Positions 1-10,159 of a stretch of DNA of 42,163 bases are shown in pieces; position 1 is the first letter of the stretch; each line of letters begins with the position of its first letter. Under the pieces are notes generated by a model. It ran no database searches and was not told where the DNA came from. It saw only the letters and a list, made by a program, of their open reading frames with translations. A program made the position numbers and the translations under genes. Source of the stretch: Gammaproteobacteria bacterium (GTDB lineage Bacteria; Pseudomonadota; Gammaproteobacteria; PS1; Pseudothioglobaceae); assembly GCA_050256335.1 (NCBI GenBank), contig JBBWVS010000118.1:1-42163 (forward strand), read 5' to 3'.

Positions 1-380
1 AGATCGGCCCAATGATCATAGTCTTCACTACCGCCCCTGATGTAGACCATGGAATTGATGGCGGTGGAACCGCCCAAACATTTACCCCGATTAACCCCCA
101 TCTTGCGGTTATTCAAATGCTTCTGCGACACGCCTTTATAAGCATAATCGTATTTTTTATTTCCATAAAGCCCAAAAATACCGGCTGGTATTTGAATCCA
201 CGGACTCTTATCACTGCCGCCCGCTTCGATCAAGCAGACACTATTTTCTGGGTTTTCACTTAATCGGTTGGCCAACACGCAACCCGCTGCGCCTGCACCA
301 ACAATAATATAATCATAACAGCTTGTTTTTGGAGTATTGTCTTTCACTTTCGTTGTGCCTTGTTTTTTAGAATCATTCAT
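1..380 (-). CDS. GMC-family FAD oxidoreductase (choline dehydrogenase-like), 5' part; runs off the window edge
   Basis: Not in ORF track. Manual translation from ATG at 380: ...YDYIIVGAGAAGCVLANRLSENPENSVCLIEAGG...RGKCLGGSTAINSMVYIRG, the GMC N-terminal signatures. ATG overlaps the upstream TGA (ATGA at 377-380). Confidence 0.9.
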   Translation of the reverse strand, partial: MNDSKKQGTTKVKDNTPKTSCYDYIIVGAGAAGCVLANRLSENPENSVCLIEAGGSDKSPWIQIPAGIFGLYGNKKYDYAYKGVSQKHLNNRKMGVNRGKCLGGSTAINSMVYIRGGSEDYDHWAD

Positions 381-1240
381 TGGGTGCCGTGTTGTCCTGA
401 ATACCTATTAACCTTTAGTGATAACCAGCCAACGAGAGCCTCTTTTTCAGGCTTATAAACCTCCACCTTAAGTGGAAAACAAGTTGCAGAGTCGCTAGAA
501 TGAGTGCTGCTGCAATCACCACCAGGGCACGCTGACAGGGCACCCAGCAAATCAATTTCGGCAAAAAACTCAATAAAATCACCCGGTCTAACAGGGCTTG
601 GCTTCATAAAGTATTGGTGAGTATCTTTGGTAAACCCGGTGCACATAAATACATTTAAAACATCATGAATTAAATGCTCAATTTCGTCAATCGACTTGCC
701 TTCATAGGTGGCCATTGCTCTGCATAGATTTGAGTGGCAACAATAATGATAATTATGATTATTAAGCGCCATATGAGTATATGGATCGCAGCGCGTGCCA
801 ATGACATCATGAACACTGCCGCCATCCTCATCCCAGCCGTACCAATCAAGGGTATCGTGTGTAATTGTGGCCATTGGCCTGAAGTAAGGAAAGTTACTCC
901 AAAGACGATCGCTAGTGCTGACATGTGTGCCGTACAGCGCTCGAGTCTTGCCGGAATAAAAGCGCTCGTTCAAATCGCCCTTATGCCAAAGATTTAAATC
1001 CCCCACTTGGGGTCCTTCAACACTGACAATACGAAAAAAATGCCCTTCTGGCACGTGAAAAGTTTTGGCTTCTCTTGGTGGGACAATAATCTCATCAACC
1101 AAAGTCATGCCCTCTCTGGCCTTTTGATAACTCAGCATATCCACTGGCGGTAGTGCTTCAGCTGGATAGGCAATAACAACCCTCTTATTTAAGCGCTCTG
1201 CTGCATTGTTCGGTTTTGCGTTTTGGGGTGTGTATTTCAT
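377..1240 (-). CDS. DUF1989 / urea carboxylase-associated family protein
   Basis: Motifs GPQVGDLNLW, HDVIGTRCDP, CCHSNL, HDVLNVFMCTG, LSACPGGDC (Cys/His metal-site pattern of DUF1989). ATG at 1240 preferred over TTG at 1246. Confidence 0.85.
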   Translation of the reverse strand: MKYTPQNAKPNNAAERLNKRVVIAYPAEALPPVDMLSYQKAREGMTLVDEIIVPPREAKTFHVPEGHFFRIVSVEGPQVGDLNLWHKGDLNERFYSGKTRALYGTHVSTSDRLWSNFPYFRPMATITHDTLDWYGWDEDGGSVHDVIGTRCDPYTHMALNNHNYHYCCHSNLCRAMATYEGKSIDEIEHLIHDVLNVFMCTGFTKDTHQYFMKPSPVRPGDFIEFFAEIDLLGALSACPGGDCSSTHSSDSATCFPLKVEVYKPEKEALVGWLSLKVNRYSGQHGTQ

Positions 1241-1258
1241 CGCCAAAGATAGCTATCG

Positions 1259-1774
1259 TTATAATGAAGTGGCGGCACGCCCTGCCTGATCGTAGAGACC
1301 AGATAGAGTTCTAAGTAGCCGTGCAACTTCGTGCAAATCTTGATTATCGTTGCAAATATCACCAAGTGCCTCAACGAGACATTGTTGGCGAATTTCAGCA
1401 TACCTTTCGCAGATTTCCCTGCCTTGCTTACTCACTTGATAAAAGCTTTCTTTACCGCGTTTTTCGACTTGGATGAGGTCGAGTTTTTGTAACTTTCTTA
1501 AAGAGTAAGCAACGGTATGCGCATCCTCAATGTTTAATGTGAAACAGATGTCTGCTAAGCGCTTAGCTCGATTTCGATGATAAACATTATGCAATACTAG
1601 GGCGTCGGTGTAGGTTATTTTTTCAGGGCCTCCGGCTGCCACCATACAGCGTACTATCCAGTTTTGCATGGCATTGCTGGCAATAATGATTCCATATTCA
1701 ACTTCGGAGAGGCTTGCCCCAGTTCCTTGAGCAAGATGTGCAGAGGAGACAATGGCACTATTTGTTGCAGTCAT
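1259..1774 (-). CDS. Winged-helix (MarR-like) transcriptional regulator
   Basis: IVSSAHLA...LSEVEY, KRLADICFTLNIEDAHTVAYSLRKL HTH/wing region, LSGLYDQAGRAA C-terminus; a family I associate with oxoprolinase/hydantoinase loci. Confidence 0.8.
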   Translation of the reverse strand: MTATNSAIVSSAHLAQGTGASLSEVEYGIIIASNAMQNWIVRCMVAAGGPEKITYTDALVLHNVYHRNRAKRLADICFTLNIEDAHTVAYSLRKLQKLDLIQVEKRGKESFYQVSKQGREICERYAEIRQQCLVEALGDICNDNQDLHEVARLLRTLSGLYDQAGRAATSL

Positions 1775-1777
1775 GAT

Positions 1778-2929
1778 CTACTTAATCTCCAAATTGAGTG
1801 GTGTACGGCTAAGCCGTTCAGCGCCTGCTGCACCAACGATGACCGAATGACCGGGGCACATCGCTAGGCGACTCTCTCGATTCATTACAATCATGTGTAA
1901 AAAAAACACCATATTTTCTTCAATCAACATCGGGTTATCCTCGAAAATCATCGGGTAATCAACCCAGATTGGCGCATAAGCACAACCCATAGTATAACCA
2001 CAAGCATTTAAACGATGCGCTTTTAAACCACCGGCATCCATCACCCTGGCATGCGCAGCAAAAACATCGCCAAGCGTATTACCGGGCTTTAGTGTCTCTT
2101 CACATGCCAAAAGTGCTTCAATAGCTACTGTGTGCATATGGTAGTGTTCGGGTTTGGCCTCACCGACCAATACCGTTCGCATCATTGCAGCATGGTAACG
2201 GCGATAACAGCCTGCCCATTCCAAGGTCATTTGATCAATAGCATCAAGGTGACGCGGGCCAGCGTGATAACGACACAGCAGTGCATACTCGCCCGAACCG
2301 ATAATAAATTCATTGCCTGCATAAGTACCACCGCCTTGGAAAACTGCGCCTTGCATAGCGGCCAATATGTCACCTTCAAAAGCGCCAGCCTTGGTAAGCT
2401 TTATGCCGGCATCATAGGCATCGTCTGCAAGTGCTGCTGCTTTACGAATATATTCCAGTTCTTTTTCACTTTTAATATAGCGCAACTGACTGACTAAATT
2501 AGAGGCATCCGTTAGTCTACAAAAACCTGCTAATGCACTATCCAATAGCCGGTAATTATGTGCAGTCAACCCCACACTGTCGTACTCAATACCTAAATTT
2601 TTGTTTTCACAGCCCAGCTCTCTTAGCAGCTGCTTTAGATTCTGCGTAGGCTCCATCCCAGCCTCGTCTTTCCAGATACGAATATCATCAATGATAGAGG
2701 TAAGTTCGGCTTGGGCGAGATCGGGTGCACGTGTCAGTAATATCATACGCCCATCTGCGCCCAGATAAAAACATTGAAACATGGCATAACCGAAACTGTC
2801 ATAACCGCTAAGATAGTACATACTCTCTTGGCGAAACATAAGAAGCCCATCAAGTCCCAGTCGATCTAACTCTTTGAGCACTCTTGTTTGGCGCTGCTTA
2901 AATTCGACTTTGCTAAAATGAATGGCCAT
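1778..2929 (-). CDS. M24 (pita-bread) fold hydrolase, creatinase/ectoine hydrolase DoeA-like branch
   Basis: Creatinase N-domain (QESMYYLSGYD), LRYIKSEKEL, EWAGCYRRYHAAMMRT. The D-D-H-E-E dinuclear metal set of Xaa-Pro peptidases is not recognisable. Confidence 0.8.
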   Translation of the reverse strand: MAIHFSKVEFKQRQTRVLKELDRLGLDGLLMFRQESMYYLSGYDSFGYAMFQCFYLGADGRMILLTRAPDLAQAELTSIIDDIRIWKDEAGMEPTQNLKQLLRELGCENKNLGIEYDSVGLTAHNYRLLDSALAGFCRLTDASNLVSQLRYIKSEKELEYIRKAAALADDAYDAGIKLTKAGAFEGDILAAMQGAVFQGGGTYAGNEFIIGSGEYALLCRYHAGPRHLDAIDQMTLEWAGCYRRYHAAMMRTVLVGEAKPEHYHMHTVAIEALLACEETLKPGNTLGDVFAAHARVMDAGGLKAHRLNACGYTMGCAYAPIWVDYPMIFEDNPMLIEENMVFFLHMIVMNRESRLAMCPGHSVIVGAAGAERLSRTPLNLEIK

Positions 2930-2966
2930 TACTTTCCTCTAATGAATTGTATTTTATAATTGCCAG

Positions 2967-5900
2967 TTAAGACGGCGCAGGAGGCTCGCCAAAGCCACCA
3001 CCACCAGGTGTTTTTAAGACAAAAATATCGTCTTTGACAACCTCAACTTGACCTTTTGTTCCGAGATCGGTGATGTGTCCGTCTCTATGAACAACATAAT
3101 TCTTACCAACAGCACCAGGCTTGCCACCGGAAACACCGTACGGTTGCACCACTCGATGACCCGCAATCATATTAACCGTCATAGGCTCGAGAAAGCGCAT
3201 TTGTCGATTAACACCTTCGCCGCCTTTATTGATGCCTGCGCCGCCAGAATTTTTTCTAATACTAAACGACTCAAGGCGTACTGGAAATCGCCATTCCAAT
3301 ACTTCGGGATCGGTTAGTCTCGAATTGGTCATATGAGTGTGAACAGCACTACAGCCATCTTGTTTGGCACTAGCGCCAGCACCACCACAGATGGTTTCGT
3401 AATTCTGCACCCTGTCATTACCCCAGATGAAGTTATTCATGGTGCCTTGAGAAGCCGCAACTACGCCAAGGGCGCCCAGCAACGTGTCAACAATGTATTG
3501 CGATGTTTCAACATTGCCAGCAATGACCGCCGCTGGGTATTCGGGATTAATCATTGAGCGCTTTGGAATAATCAACTTTAAAGGTTTTAAACAACCGGCA
3601 TTCAGTGGAATATCATCATCAACCAAACAACGAAAAACGTAGAGAACGGCAGCATGACAGATTGCACTAGGTGCATTGTAATTACTTGGGTGTTGGTCAC
3701 TAGTACCGGTGAAATCGATAGTCGCACTTCGATTTTTTTTATCTAAACTAATGTCAACACAGACTTGATAACCATCATCCATTTTGTAAGTAAAACTGGA
3801 ATCACTAAGAACGTCCAACACTCGACGCACAGATTCTTCAGCGTTGTCCTGCACATGCTGCATATAAGCATGAACCACATTAAGACCGTAATGGCGAATC
3901 ACTCCAAGCAGTTCTTGTGCGCCTTTTTCTGCTGCAGCAACTTGAGCTTTTAAATCGGCAATATTTTGCTCAATATTGCGTGCCGGGTATTCACCAGCAC
4001 TGAGCAAACTGTCTATTTCTTGCTCAAGAAAAATACCCTTTGAAACCAAAGTAAAGTTATCAATTAATATGCCTTCTTCCTTGACATGTTTTGAATATGC
4101 TGGCGCCGAGCCGGGCACTGTACCACCGATATCTGCGTGATGACCACGCGTCGCTACATAAAAGATTACTTCTTCACCTTGCTCGTCATAAACTGGCTTT
4201 ATCAGTGTAATGTCAGGTAAATGTGTACCACCATTGTAAGGCGCATTAATGAGAAAGGCATCTCCAGGCGACATAGTTGCAGAATTCTCGCGAATGATCG
4301 TTTTAATCGATTCACTCATAGAGCCAAGATGGACTGGAACATGGGGCGCATTGGCGACGAGATCACCCATGGGTGAGAACAGAGCGCAAGAAAAATCAAG
4401 CCGCTCTTTAATATTAACAGACGAAGCTGTGTTTTCGAGTACTGTGCCCATTTGTTCTGCGACATTCATAAACAAATTATTGAAAATTTCCAGCATCACC
4501 GGATCCACATCAGTGCCGATAGCGCTCGCTCTGTGTAATTTCGCTACACGCTCAAGAACAAGATCATTATTTGCTTTAATAACAGCTTGCCAGCCAGGCT
4601 CTATGACAATCGTGGAGGTGGGCTCAATAATCACCGCTGGGCCATCGATCAACTCATCGGTTGCGATTGAGTCACGATGATAAAATGGCGTTTGCTGCGA
4701 TTTACCGCCCATCACCACACTAAGCGTTGCTGCTACTTCTGTTGTTTTAGCGCCCACCCGATTTTGCTGAACGTTTCTCGGTGCGTTTGCGCAAGAGACT
4801 TCCATTTGAATGGATTCGACAATGAGCAATTTTTCTGGCGAAATAAAACCAAAGCGCGACCGATGAAGGTTTTCAAAGCCCTCTTTCAATTGATCATACC
4901 CACAAAAATTCACCGACAAAGCGCTATCTGAACCTTGATAACGCAGATAAACACGAGAACTATAATGAAGTTTTTCTTCGCTGAGGCCCTGCGCAATCAT
5001 TTCCTCTCGACCCTTTGTGCCAAGTGCCTTGAACTGATTTGAAAGCGACCCAATGATGGCTTCATTCAAGCTTAACTCAATAGCCAAGTCATTGATTGTG
5101 CGACTCTCAGCAAGCCCCATACCATAAGCTGATAACACGCCTGCAAAAGGGTGCAGATGGATGCACTTCATGCCTAAACTGTCCGCTACCAGACAAGCAT
5201 GTTGCCCGCCTGCGCCGCCAAAACAAGACAACGTATATTCACTCACATCGTAGCCGCGTTGTACAGATATTTTTTTAATGGCGTTTGCCATACTCTCAAT
5301 GGCAATTGAGAGAAAACCCTCGGCAACTTCGATTGAAGAGACTGGCTTGCCAGTTGCGACGGATATTTCTTGGGCCAATACGCTAAATTTTTCCTTAACA
5401 ATATCAACATCGAGTGCTTGATTGGCGCTGCAGCCAAATACTTTGGGAAAGAATTCTGGATTGAGTTTCCCTAGCATCACATTGCAGTCCGTCACCGTGA
5501 GCGGCCCACCATTGCGGTAACATGCGGGCCCTGGATTTGCACCCGCTGAACCCGGACCAACTCGGTAACGAGCGCCATCAAAGTGCACAATTGAACCCCC
5601 ACCAGCAGCTACGGTGTGAATGAGCATCATCGGTGCACGGCAACGAACACCGGCAACTTGTGTTTCTAATGTTCGCTCATACTCGCCATCGTAATGCGAA
5701 ACATCCGTCGATGTGCCCCCCATATCAAAACCGATAAGTTTATTAAATCCTGCTTTTTCAGCAGTCTTAACCATTCCAACAACACCGCCTGCAGGGCCTG
5801 AGAGAATAGCGTCCTTGCCTTGAAAGAAATGCGCATCTGTGAGGCCACCGTTTGACTGCATAAACAACAACTTACCTTTTTTTGCACCCTCGGCTCCCAA

Positions 5901-6608
5901 GGCGCTCTCAACTTGGCTGACGTAACGACGCAAAATTGGAGATAGGTAAGCATCAAGGACAGTTGTATCACCCCTAGACACAATTTTCATCAGTGGGCTG
6001 ACTTGGTGGCTCACCGATATTTGTTCAAAACCAATATTTTGAGCGATAGCCTTTATTCGGTTTTCATGATCGTGATAACGGTAGCCGTGTAACAATACAA
6101 TTGCTATTGAACGATAACCTTCATCAAAAGCTTGCTGCAACTGTCGCTCTGCCAAAATCTGGTCTAGTGATTTAATGAGCTTGCCATGACAATCTATTCT
6201 CTCTTCGATTTCAACAACGCAAGAGTAGAGCATTTCTGGAAGAACAATATCCAGTGCAAATAACTCCGGTCTCTGTTGATAACCAATGCGCAGAATATCG
6301 CCAAAACCCTTCGTAATTGCTAATAATACTCTCTCGCCTTGGCGCTCCAATAAGGCATTGGTAGCAACGGTTGTACCCATTTTTATTGAGTCAATTTTAG
6401 CCATTGGTATTTTGCTGTCTTCACCCAAGCACAACAAATCACGAATACCTTGAATCGCTGCGTCAGCGTACTGTCCTGGGTTTTCAGATAGCAGTTTGTG
6501 CGCATGTATTTTTCCTTCAGGACTTTGGCCAATAACATCCGTGAAAGTACCGCCTCGATCAATCCAAAATTGCCACTTATTATCCTTTTTAGTTCTTGTT
6601 TCGCTCAT
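2967..6608 (-). CDS. oplA: ATP-dependent 5-oxoprolinase / hydantoinase A+B fusion
   Basis: 1213 aa; WIDRGGTFTD, GTTVATNALLER, FDMGGTSTDV, HTVAAGGGS, NIKERLDFSCA, GGTHLPD, GHHADIGG, TPGGGGFG. Confidence 0.93.
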   Translation of the reverse strand: MSETRTKKDNKWQFWIDRGGTFTDVIGQSPEGKIHAHKLLSENPGQYADAAIQGIRDLLCLGEDSKIPMAKIDSIKMGTTVATNALLERQGERVLLAITKGFGDILRIGYQQRPELFALDIVLPEMLYSCVVEIEERIDCHGKLIKSLDQILAERQLQQAFDEGYRSIAIVLLHGYRYHDHENRIKAIAQNIGFEQISVSHQVSPLMKIVSRGDTTVLDAYLSPILRRYVSQVESALGAEGAKKGKLLFMQSNGGLTDAHFFQGKDAILSGPAGGVVGMVKTAEKAGFNKLIGFDMGGTSTDVSHYDGEYERTLETQVAGVRCRAPMMLIHTVAAGGGSIVHFDGARYRVGPGSAGANPGPACYRNGGPLTVTDCNVMLGKLNPEFFPKVFGCSANQALDVDIVKEKFSVLAQEISVATGKPVSSIEVAEGFLSIAIESMANAIKKISVQRGYDVSEYTLSCFGGAGGQHACLVADSLGMKCIHLHPFAGVLSAYGMGLAESRTINDLAIELSLNEAIIGSLSNQFKALGTKGREEMIAQGLSEEKLHYSSRVYLRYQGSDSALSVNFCGYDQLKEGFENLHRSRFGFISPEKLLIVESIQMEVSCANAPRNVQQNRVGAKTTEVAATLSVVMGGKSQQTPFYHRDSIATDELIDGPAVIIEPTSTIVIEPGWQAVIKANNDLVLERVAKLHRASAIGTDVDPVMLEIFNNLFMNVAEQMGTVLENTASSVNIKERLDFSCALFSPMGDLVANAPHVPVHLGSMSESIKTIIRENSATMSPGDAFLINAPYNGGTHLPDITLIKPVYDEQGEEVIFYVATRGHHADIGGTVPGSAPAYSKHVKEEGILIDNFTLVSKGIFLEQEIDSLLSAGEYPARNIEQNIADLKAQVAAAEKGAQELLGVIRHYGLNVVHAYMQHVQDNAEESVRRVLDVLSDSSFTYKMDDGYQVCVDISLDKKNRSATIDFTGTSDQHPSNYNAPSAICHAAVLYVFRCLVDDDIPLNAGCLKPLKLIIPKRSMINPEYPAAVIAGNVETSQYIVDTLLGALGVVAASQGTMNNFIWGNDRVQNYETICGGAGASAKQDGCSAVHTHMTNSRLTDPEVLEWRFPVRLESFSIRKNSGGAGINKGGEGVNRQMRFLEPMTVNMIAGHRVVQPYGVSGGKPGAVGKNYVVHRDGHITDLGTKGQVEVVKDDIFVLKTPGGGGFGEPPAPS

Positions 6609-6639
6609 AATAATAATTATTTAATAATATAATATATCA

Positions 6640-6664
6640 ATTATATGTATATTATATGTATAAA
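6640..6664. promoter_or_regulatory. 11-bp direct repeat ATTATATGTAT x2 upstream of oplA; candidate GntR-type TGTATA half-sites
   Basis: Copies at 6640-6650 and 6651-6661, about 30-55 bp upstream of the oplA ATG. The context is very AT-rich, so chance is not excluded. Confidence 0.35.
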
Positions 6665-6713
6665 TTATACCTATTAATAAAACGATTACCCAACTGGATA
6701 AATATGCTCTGAA

Positions 6714-6728
6714 ATCGAGAAACTCGAT
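6714..6728 (+). promoter_or_regulatory. LysR-type operator ATCG-N7-CGAT upstream of the DMT transporter triplet
   Basis: ATCGAG-AAA-CTCGAT perfect inverted repeat with T-N11-A spacing; same core as the boxes at 19540 and 20499; -10-like CACAAT at 6774-6779. Confidence 0.6.
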
Positions 6729-6830
6729 AACTGACGTGAAAAAAATTCATTGGACAGCTAATTCAATAAGGCACACAATGCGCGCTATCTGTACTGTCTA
6801 ATCTGACGGCACTATTGAGAGGTAATCAAA

Positions 6831-7727
6831 ATGCAAAATCAACATTTATTGGGCCTTATTTTGGTTTGCTGCGCAGGACTGATGTGGAGCTTTGGCGCAC
6901 CCATAATCCGCCATTTAGATCACGTAGAACTTTATCGCTACCATTATTTGATTTATCGTATGTTTGTGGCTGTCCCCATCATACTGCTTTATATTCTTTA
7001 TCGAGATAGGAGCAAGGTTTTTGAAAATATCAAACGTATTAATCGCTTTACCTTGATAGGAGCATTGTGTCTTGCATTTTCCTCTGTTGGTTGGATTTAC
7101 GCCCTGACAATAACCAGTGTTGCTGTACCTATGTTGATGTTTGCAACCGCGCCATTATTGTCCGGCGTTTTAGGCTATTTTTTATTGGGTGAGACGCTAA
7201 GTCGCACCACGATAATGAATACTGCACTGGTAATCGTTGGTGTCTTTATCATGGTTATTGGTGCGGTCGATGAAAATATTGTGCTCGGTGCCTTTCTTGG
7301 TTTTTTAGTTGCATTGGGGTTTTCTGTGTTTACCATTACTTTACGATATAACCCAGATACACCAAAACTGATAACACCCGCTCTATCGACCATTTTCACT
7401 GCGCTTATTTGCACAATGATTTTGTTTTATTATGGTGAGTCTTTCAGTATGCCAGTAAAAAATATTCAGCTTAGCTTGGTGCACGGAGCTTTGGGTAGTA
7501 TAGGCATAATACTTTACGTTCTTGGATCAAAGTATTTGCCAACAGCAGAACTCGTTATGCTTTCTCTTGTTGATATAGTTTTTGCTATTTTTTGGGTTTG
7601 GGTGCCCTTCATTGGCATTAACGAGACGCCTGAAATAAACACTCTGATTGGCGGTGTATTTATATTAAGCGCTCTAATTTTGCAAGGCCTAAAGGCGCGC
7701 AAGCCACATGCTAAAGCTATGCCTTAA
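6831..7727 (+). CDS. EamA/DMT-family transporter, paralog 1
   Basis: 298 aa, about 10 hydrophobic segments, WSFG, LLGETLSRTTI, KYLPTAEL, GINETP; RBS GAGG at 6819-6822. Confidence 0.9.
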   Translation: MQNQHLLGLILVCCAGLMWSFGAPIIRHLDHVELYRYHYLIYRMFVAVPIILLYILYRDRSKVFENIKRINRFTLIGALCLAFSSVGWIYALTITSVAVPMLMFATAPLLSGVLGYFLLGETLSRTTIMNTALVIVGVFIMVIGAVDENIVLGAFLGFLVALGFSVFTITLRYNPDTPKLITPALSTIFTALICTMILFYYGESFSMPVKNIQLSLVHGALGSIGIILYVLGSKYLPTAELVMLSLVDIVFAIFWVWVPFIGINETPEINTLIGGVFILSALILQGLKARKPHAKAMP

Positions 7728-7776
7728 AGTGTAAAGCAATGACAGTGGCTTTAACATTAAATGAAGGGTTCAATTA

Positions 7777-8673
7777 ATGCACAATAATTATTTCTTTGGT
7801 TTTATCTTAGTCTGCATTGCAGCACTTGTTTGGAGTTTTGGGACATTGACATTACGCCACTCTGTTGACTTGGAGAGCCATTTAATCCCTTTTCTGCTCG
7901 TTCGAGGTTCCAGTGCATTCGTTGTAATATTTGCTTTTGTTTGGTATCGAGATGGTAAAAATGTAGTCAAAAATATCAAAAGACTTGATCGATACAGCCT
8001 GTTTGGTTCGCTCATTCTTGGCTTTGGCATGGTATGTTTTGTTTTTTCAATTACCAAAACCACCATGGCGATCAGTATGATTATGCTGGCCATTTCACCC
8101 TTATTAGCCGCCATTCTTGGTTTTTTACTTCTAGGAGAGAAGTTAAGCCGCACGACAATCCTTAACATGCTGGTTGTCATTGCTGGTGTGGTGGTTATAC
8201 TTTACGGCACCAATGATTCGAGCTCATTATTGGGTGCTGCAGTTGGTTTGCTTGTCGCTCTTTGTTTTGCGTTATTTACCATTACCTTGCGTCATAATCC
8301 AGACATGCCGAAACTCATTACGCCGGCAATTGGAGGATTATTTAGTGCATTTTGTATGCTTACCTATATTGTGTTTAGCGATATCCCTCTCGCACTGTCG
8401 GTGCATAACATCACAATGGCTATTATCAGTGGCACTGTCGTTGGTATTGGCCTTATTCTTTTCACCTTGGGTGCAAAATATTTGCCTGCTGCTGAACTGA
8501 TACTGTTGTCGTTATTAGAGTCAATTGCTGGAATTTTTTGGGTTTGGTTGCCAGCATTTGGCGTTAATGAAGTGCCTACCACCAACACCATTATTGGTGG
8601 TTTTATTATCCTTGCTGCTATCATTTTTCAAGGACTCAAAAGCCGCAAAACACAAGCCGCACGAATGCCTTAA
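7777..8673 (+). CDS. EamA/DMT-family transporter, paralog 2
   Basis: 298 aa, WSFG, LLGEKLSRTTI, KYLPAAEL, GVNEVP; colinear with its neighbours. Confidence 0.9.
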   Translation: MHNNYFFGFILVCIAALVWSFGTLTLRHSVDLESHLIPFLLVRGSSAFVVIFAFVWYRDGKNVVKNIKRLDRYSLFGSLILGFGMVCFVFSITKTTMAISMIMLAISPLLAAILGFLLLGEKLSRTTILNMLVVIAGVVVILYGTNDSSSLLGAAVGLLVALCFALFTITLRHNPDMPKLITPAIGGLFSAFCMLTYIVFSDIPLALSVHNITMAIISGTVVGIGLILFTLGAKYLPAAELILLSLLESIAGIFWVWLPAFGVNEVPTTNTIIGGFIILAAIIFQGLKSRKTQAARMP

Positions 8674-8707
8674 TTTTGAAATACTTTCTAACGAATAGAT
8701 ACTGATT

Positions 8708-9607
8708 ATGAAAAACAAATACTTACTAGGTTTCACACTTGTTTGCTTAACTGGCATTGTTTGGAGTTTCGGCGCGCCCATTGTGCGCCTTATGGAGGAT
8801 GCAGAAAACTATCAAATCCCTTATCTTTTTTATCGAGGTTTTGCTATTTGTACAACCATAACTCTTTATATATTTTTGCGTGATAGACGGGAATTTTTTG
8901 CCAACTTTAAGCGCATTGACCGTTGGGCTGTTTCTGGTGCCGTGCTCCTTATGCTGAGTATGTTTGGCTTTATCTACTCGTTAACCATAACAACAGTGGC
9001 AATCACTTTACTTATGCTTGCACTTGCGCCTCTTTTCTCTGCAATATTTGGTTATATATTGCTTTCAGAAAAACTCAGTCGAACCACCATCTCCAATATG
9101 TTTATTGTTATTTTTGGTGTTGTTGTCATGGTTTGGAACGTGGAAAGCTCTAATACAATTATTGGCGCCTTATACGGCATGTTTTCCGCTTTTTGTTTTG
9201 CCATGTACACAATAACAATTCGTCACAATCCAGAAACACCAAAATTGTTAACCCCTGCTCTTTCTGGTCTTATGGGAATTGTAGTAACTTGCGTTTTGGT
9301 ACTGGCTAGCGACGATTTAACCTTTACAATGCCGGCAATAAATATTAAATTAAGTGTCGTTCACGGCACGATTGTTGGTGCAGGTTTGGTTTTATATGGA
9401 CTGGGTGCTAAATACTTGCCTGCTGCAGAGCTTGTTTTGCTCTCGCTACTAGAGGTAGTCGTTGGGATTTTTTGGGCTTGGCTACCAATCATCGGCATTA
9501 ATGAAGTGCCGGATTTAAATACTCTGATTGGTGGCTTGATCATGCTAGGCGCGATTACCATCCAAGGTTTGGCGACGCGCAAACAACACGCACCAGTGGT
9601 GCATTAA
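8708..9607 (+). CDS. EamA/DMT-family transporter, paralog 3
   Basis: 299 aa, WSFG, LLSEKLSRTTI, KYLPAAEL, GINEVP. Confidence 0.9.
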   Translation: MKNKYLLGFTLVCLTGIVWSFGAPIVRLMEDAENYQIPYLFYRGFAICTTITLYIFLRDRREFFANFKRIDRWAVSGAVLLMLSMFGFIYSLTITTVAITLLMLALAPLFSAIFGYILLSEKLSRTTISNMFIVIFGVVVMVWNVESSNTIIGALYGMFSAFCFAMYTITIRHNPETPKLLTPALSGLMGIVVTCVLVLASDDLTFTMPAINIKLSVVHGTIVGAGLVLYGLGAKYLPAAELVLLSLLEVVVGIFWAWLPIIGINEVPDLNTLIGGLIMLGAITIQGLATRKQHAPVVH

Positions 9608-9643
9608 TTTTTGATTTTTTAGGACTGGGGAAGTGCGAGACGA

Positions 9644-10159
9644 TCAGTCTTCGTAACTATAGATTTCGACCATCATTTCGTTAGCAATTTGCTCTAATTT
9701 AGCCCTCACAAAGTCCTCGTTCACCCCAACAGGAAGATGCAAGTTAATCTGAGCCTTGAAAAGCCTTTCGCCAGACATTGAGCCGTCAATCACTTCTGTG
9801 CGCATTTCTTCTACATTGGCGCCCAGATTGGCTAGGACATGTGACAATTGTCTGATAATGCCGCCGTGATTATTGCCAACAAGTTCAATATTGTAGTTCT
9901 TGTATCGAGAAGCCTGCACTGGCGGGCTCAACTCTTCACAAGCGATAGTCAACCCTAAATCGGCACTGGCTAGGCCGTTGACAAGAGCCTGCATGTTGTC
10001 GTCAGGCACATTGACTCTAAGAATACCGGCAAACTTGCCTTCAATTTTGGACATTCTGCTTTCTACCCAATCACCTTTGTGCTCAGCAACGATACTAGAA
10101 AGGCCATCTATCAAGCCAGGCTTATCGTCACCCAAGACACTTAGAATAATTGACTTCAT
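9644..10159 (-). CDS. gcvR: Glycine cleavage system regulator, tandem ACT-domain protein
   Basis: SVLGDDKPGLI...WVESRM ACT repeat, second ACT repeat LVGNNHGGII; lies directly downstream of gcvP. Confidence 0.75.
   Translation of the reverse strand: MKSIILSVLGDDKPGLIDGLSSIVAEHKGDWVESRMSKIEGKFAGILRVNVPDDNMQALVNGLASADLGLTIACEELSPPVQASRYKNYNIELVGNNHGGIIRQLSHVLANLGANVEEMRTEVIDGSMSGERLFKAQINLHLPVGVNEDFVRAKLEQIANEMMVEIYSYED

Noticed and set aside
12-263. 83-aa plus-strand ORF and the many other short overlapping ORFs in the track
   Set aside because: They are antisense or off-frame shadows of well-supported genes (here the GMC oxidoreductase) and show no family motifs.
1247-1258. Guanidine riboswitch linked to the DUF1989 gene
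   Set aside because: The gap upstream is under 20 bp and the operon leader at 6609-6830 shows no ykkC-type motifs that I can recognise.
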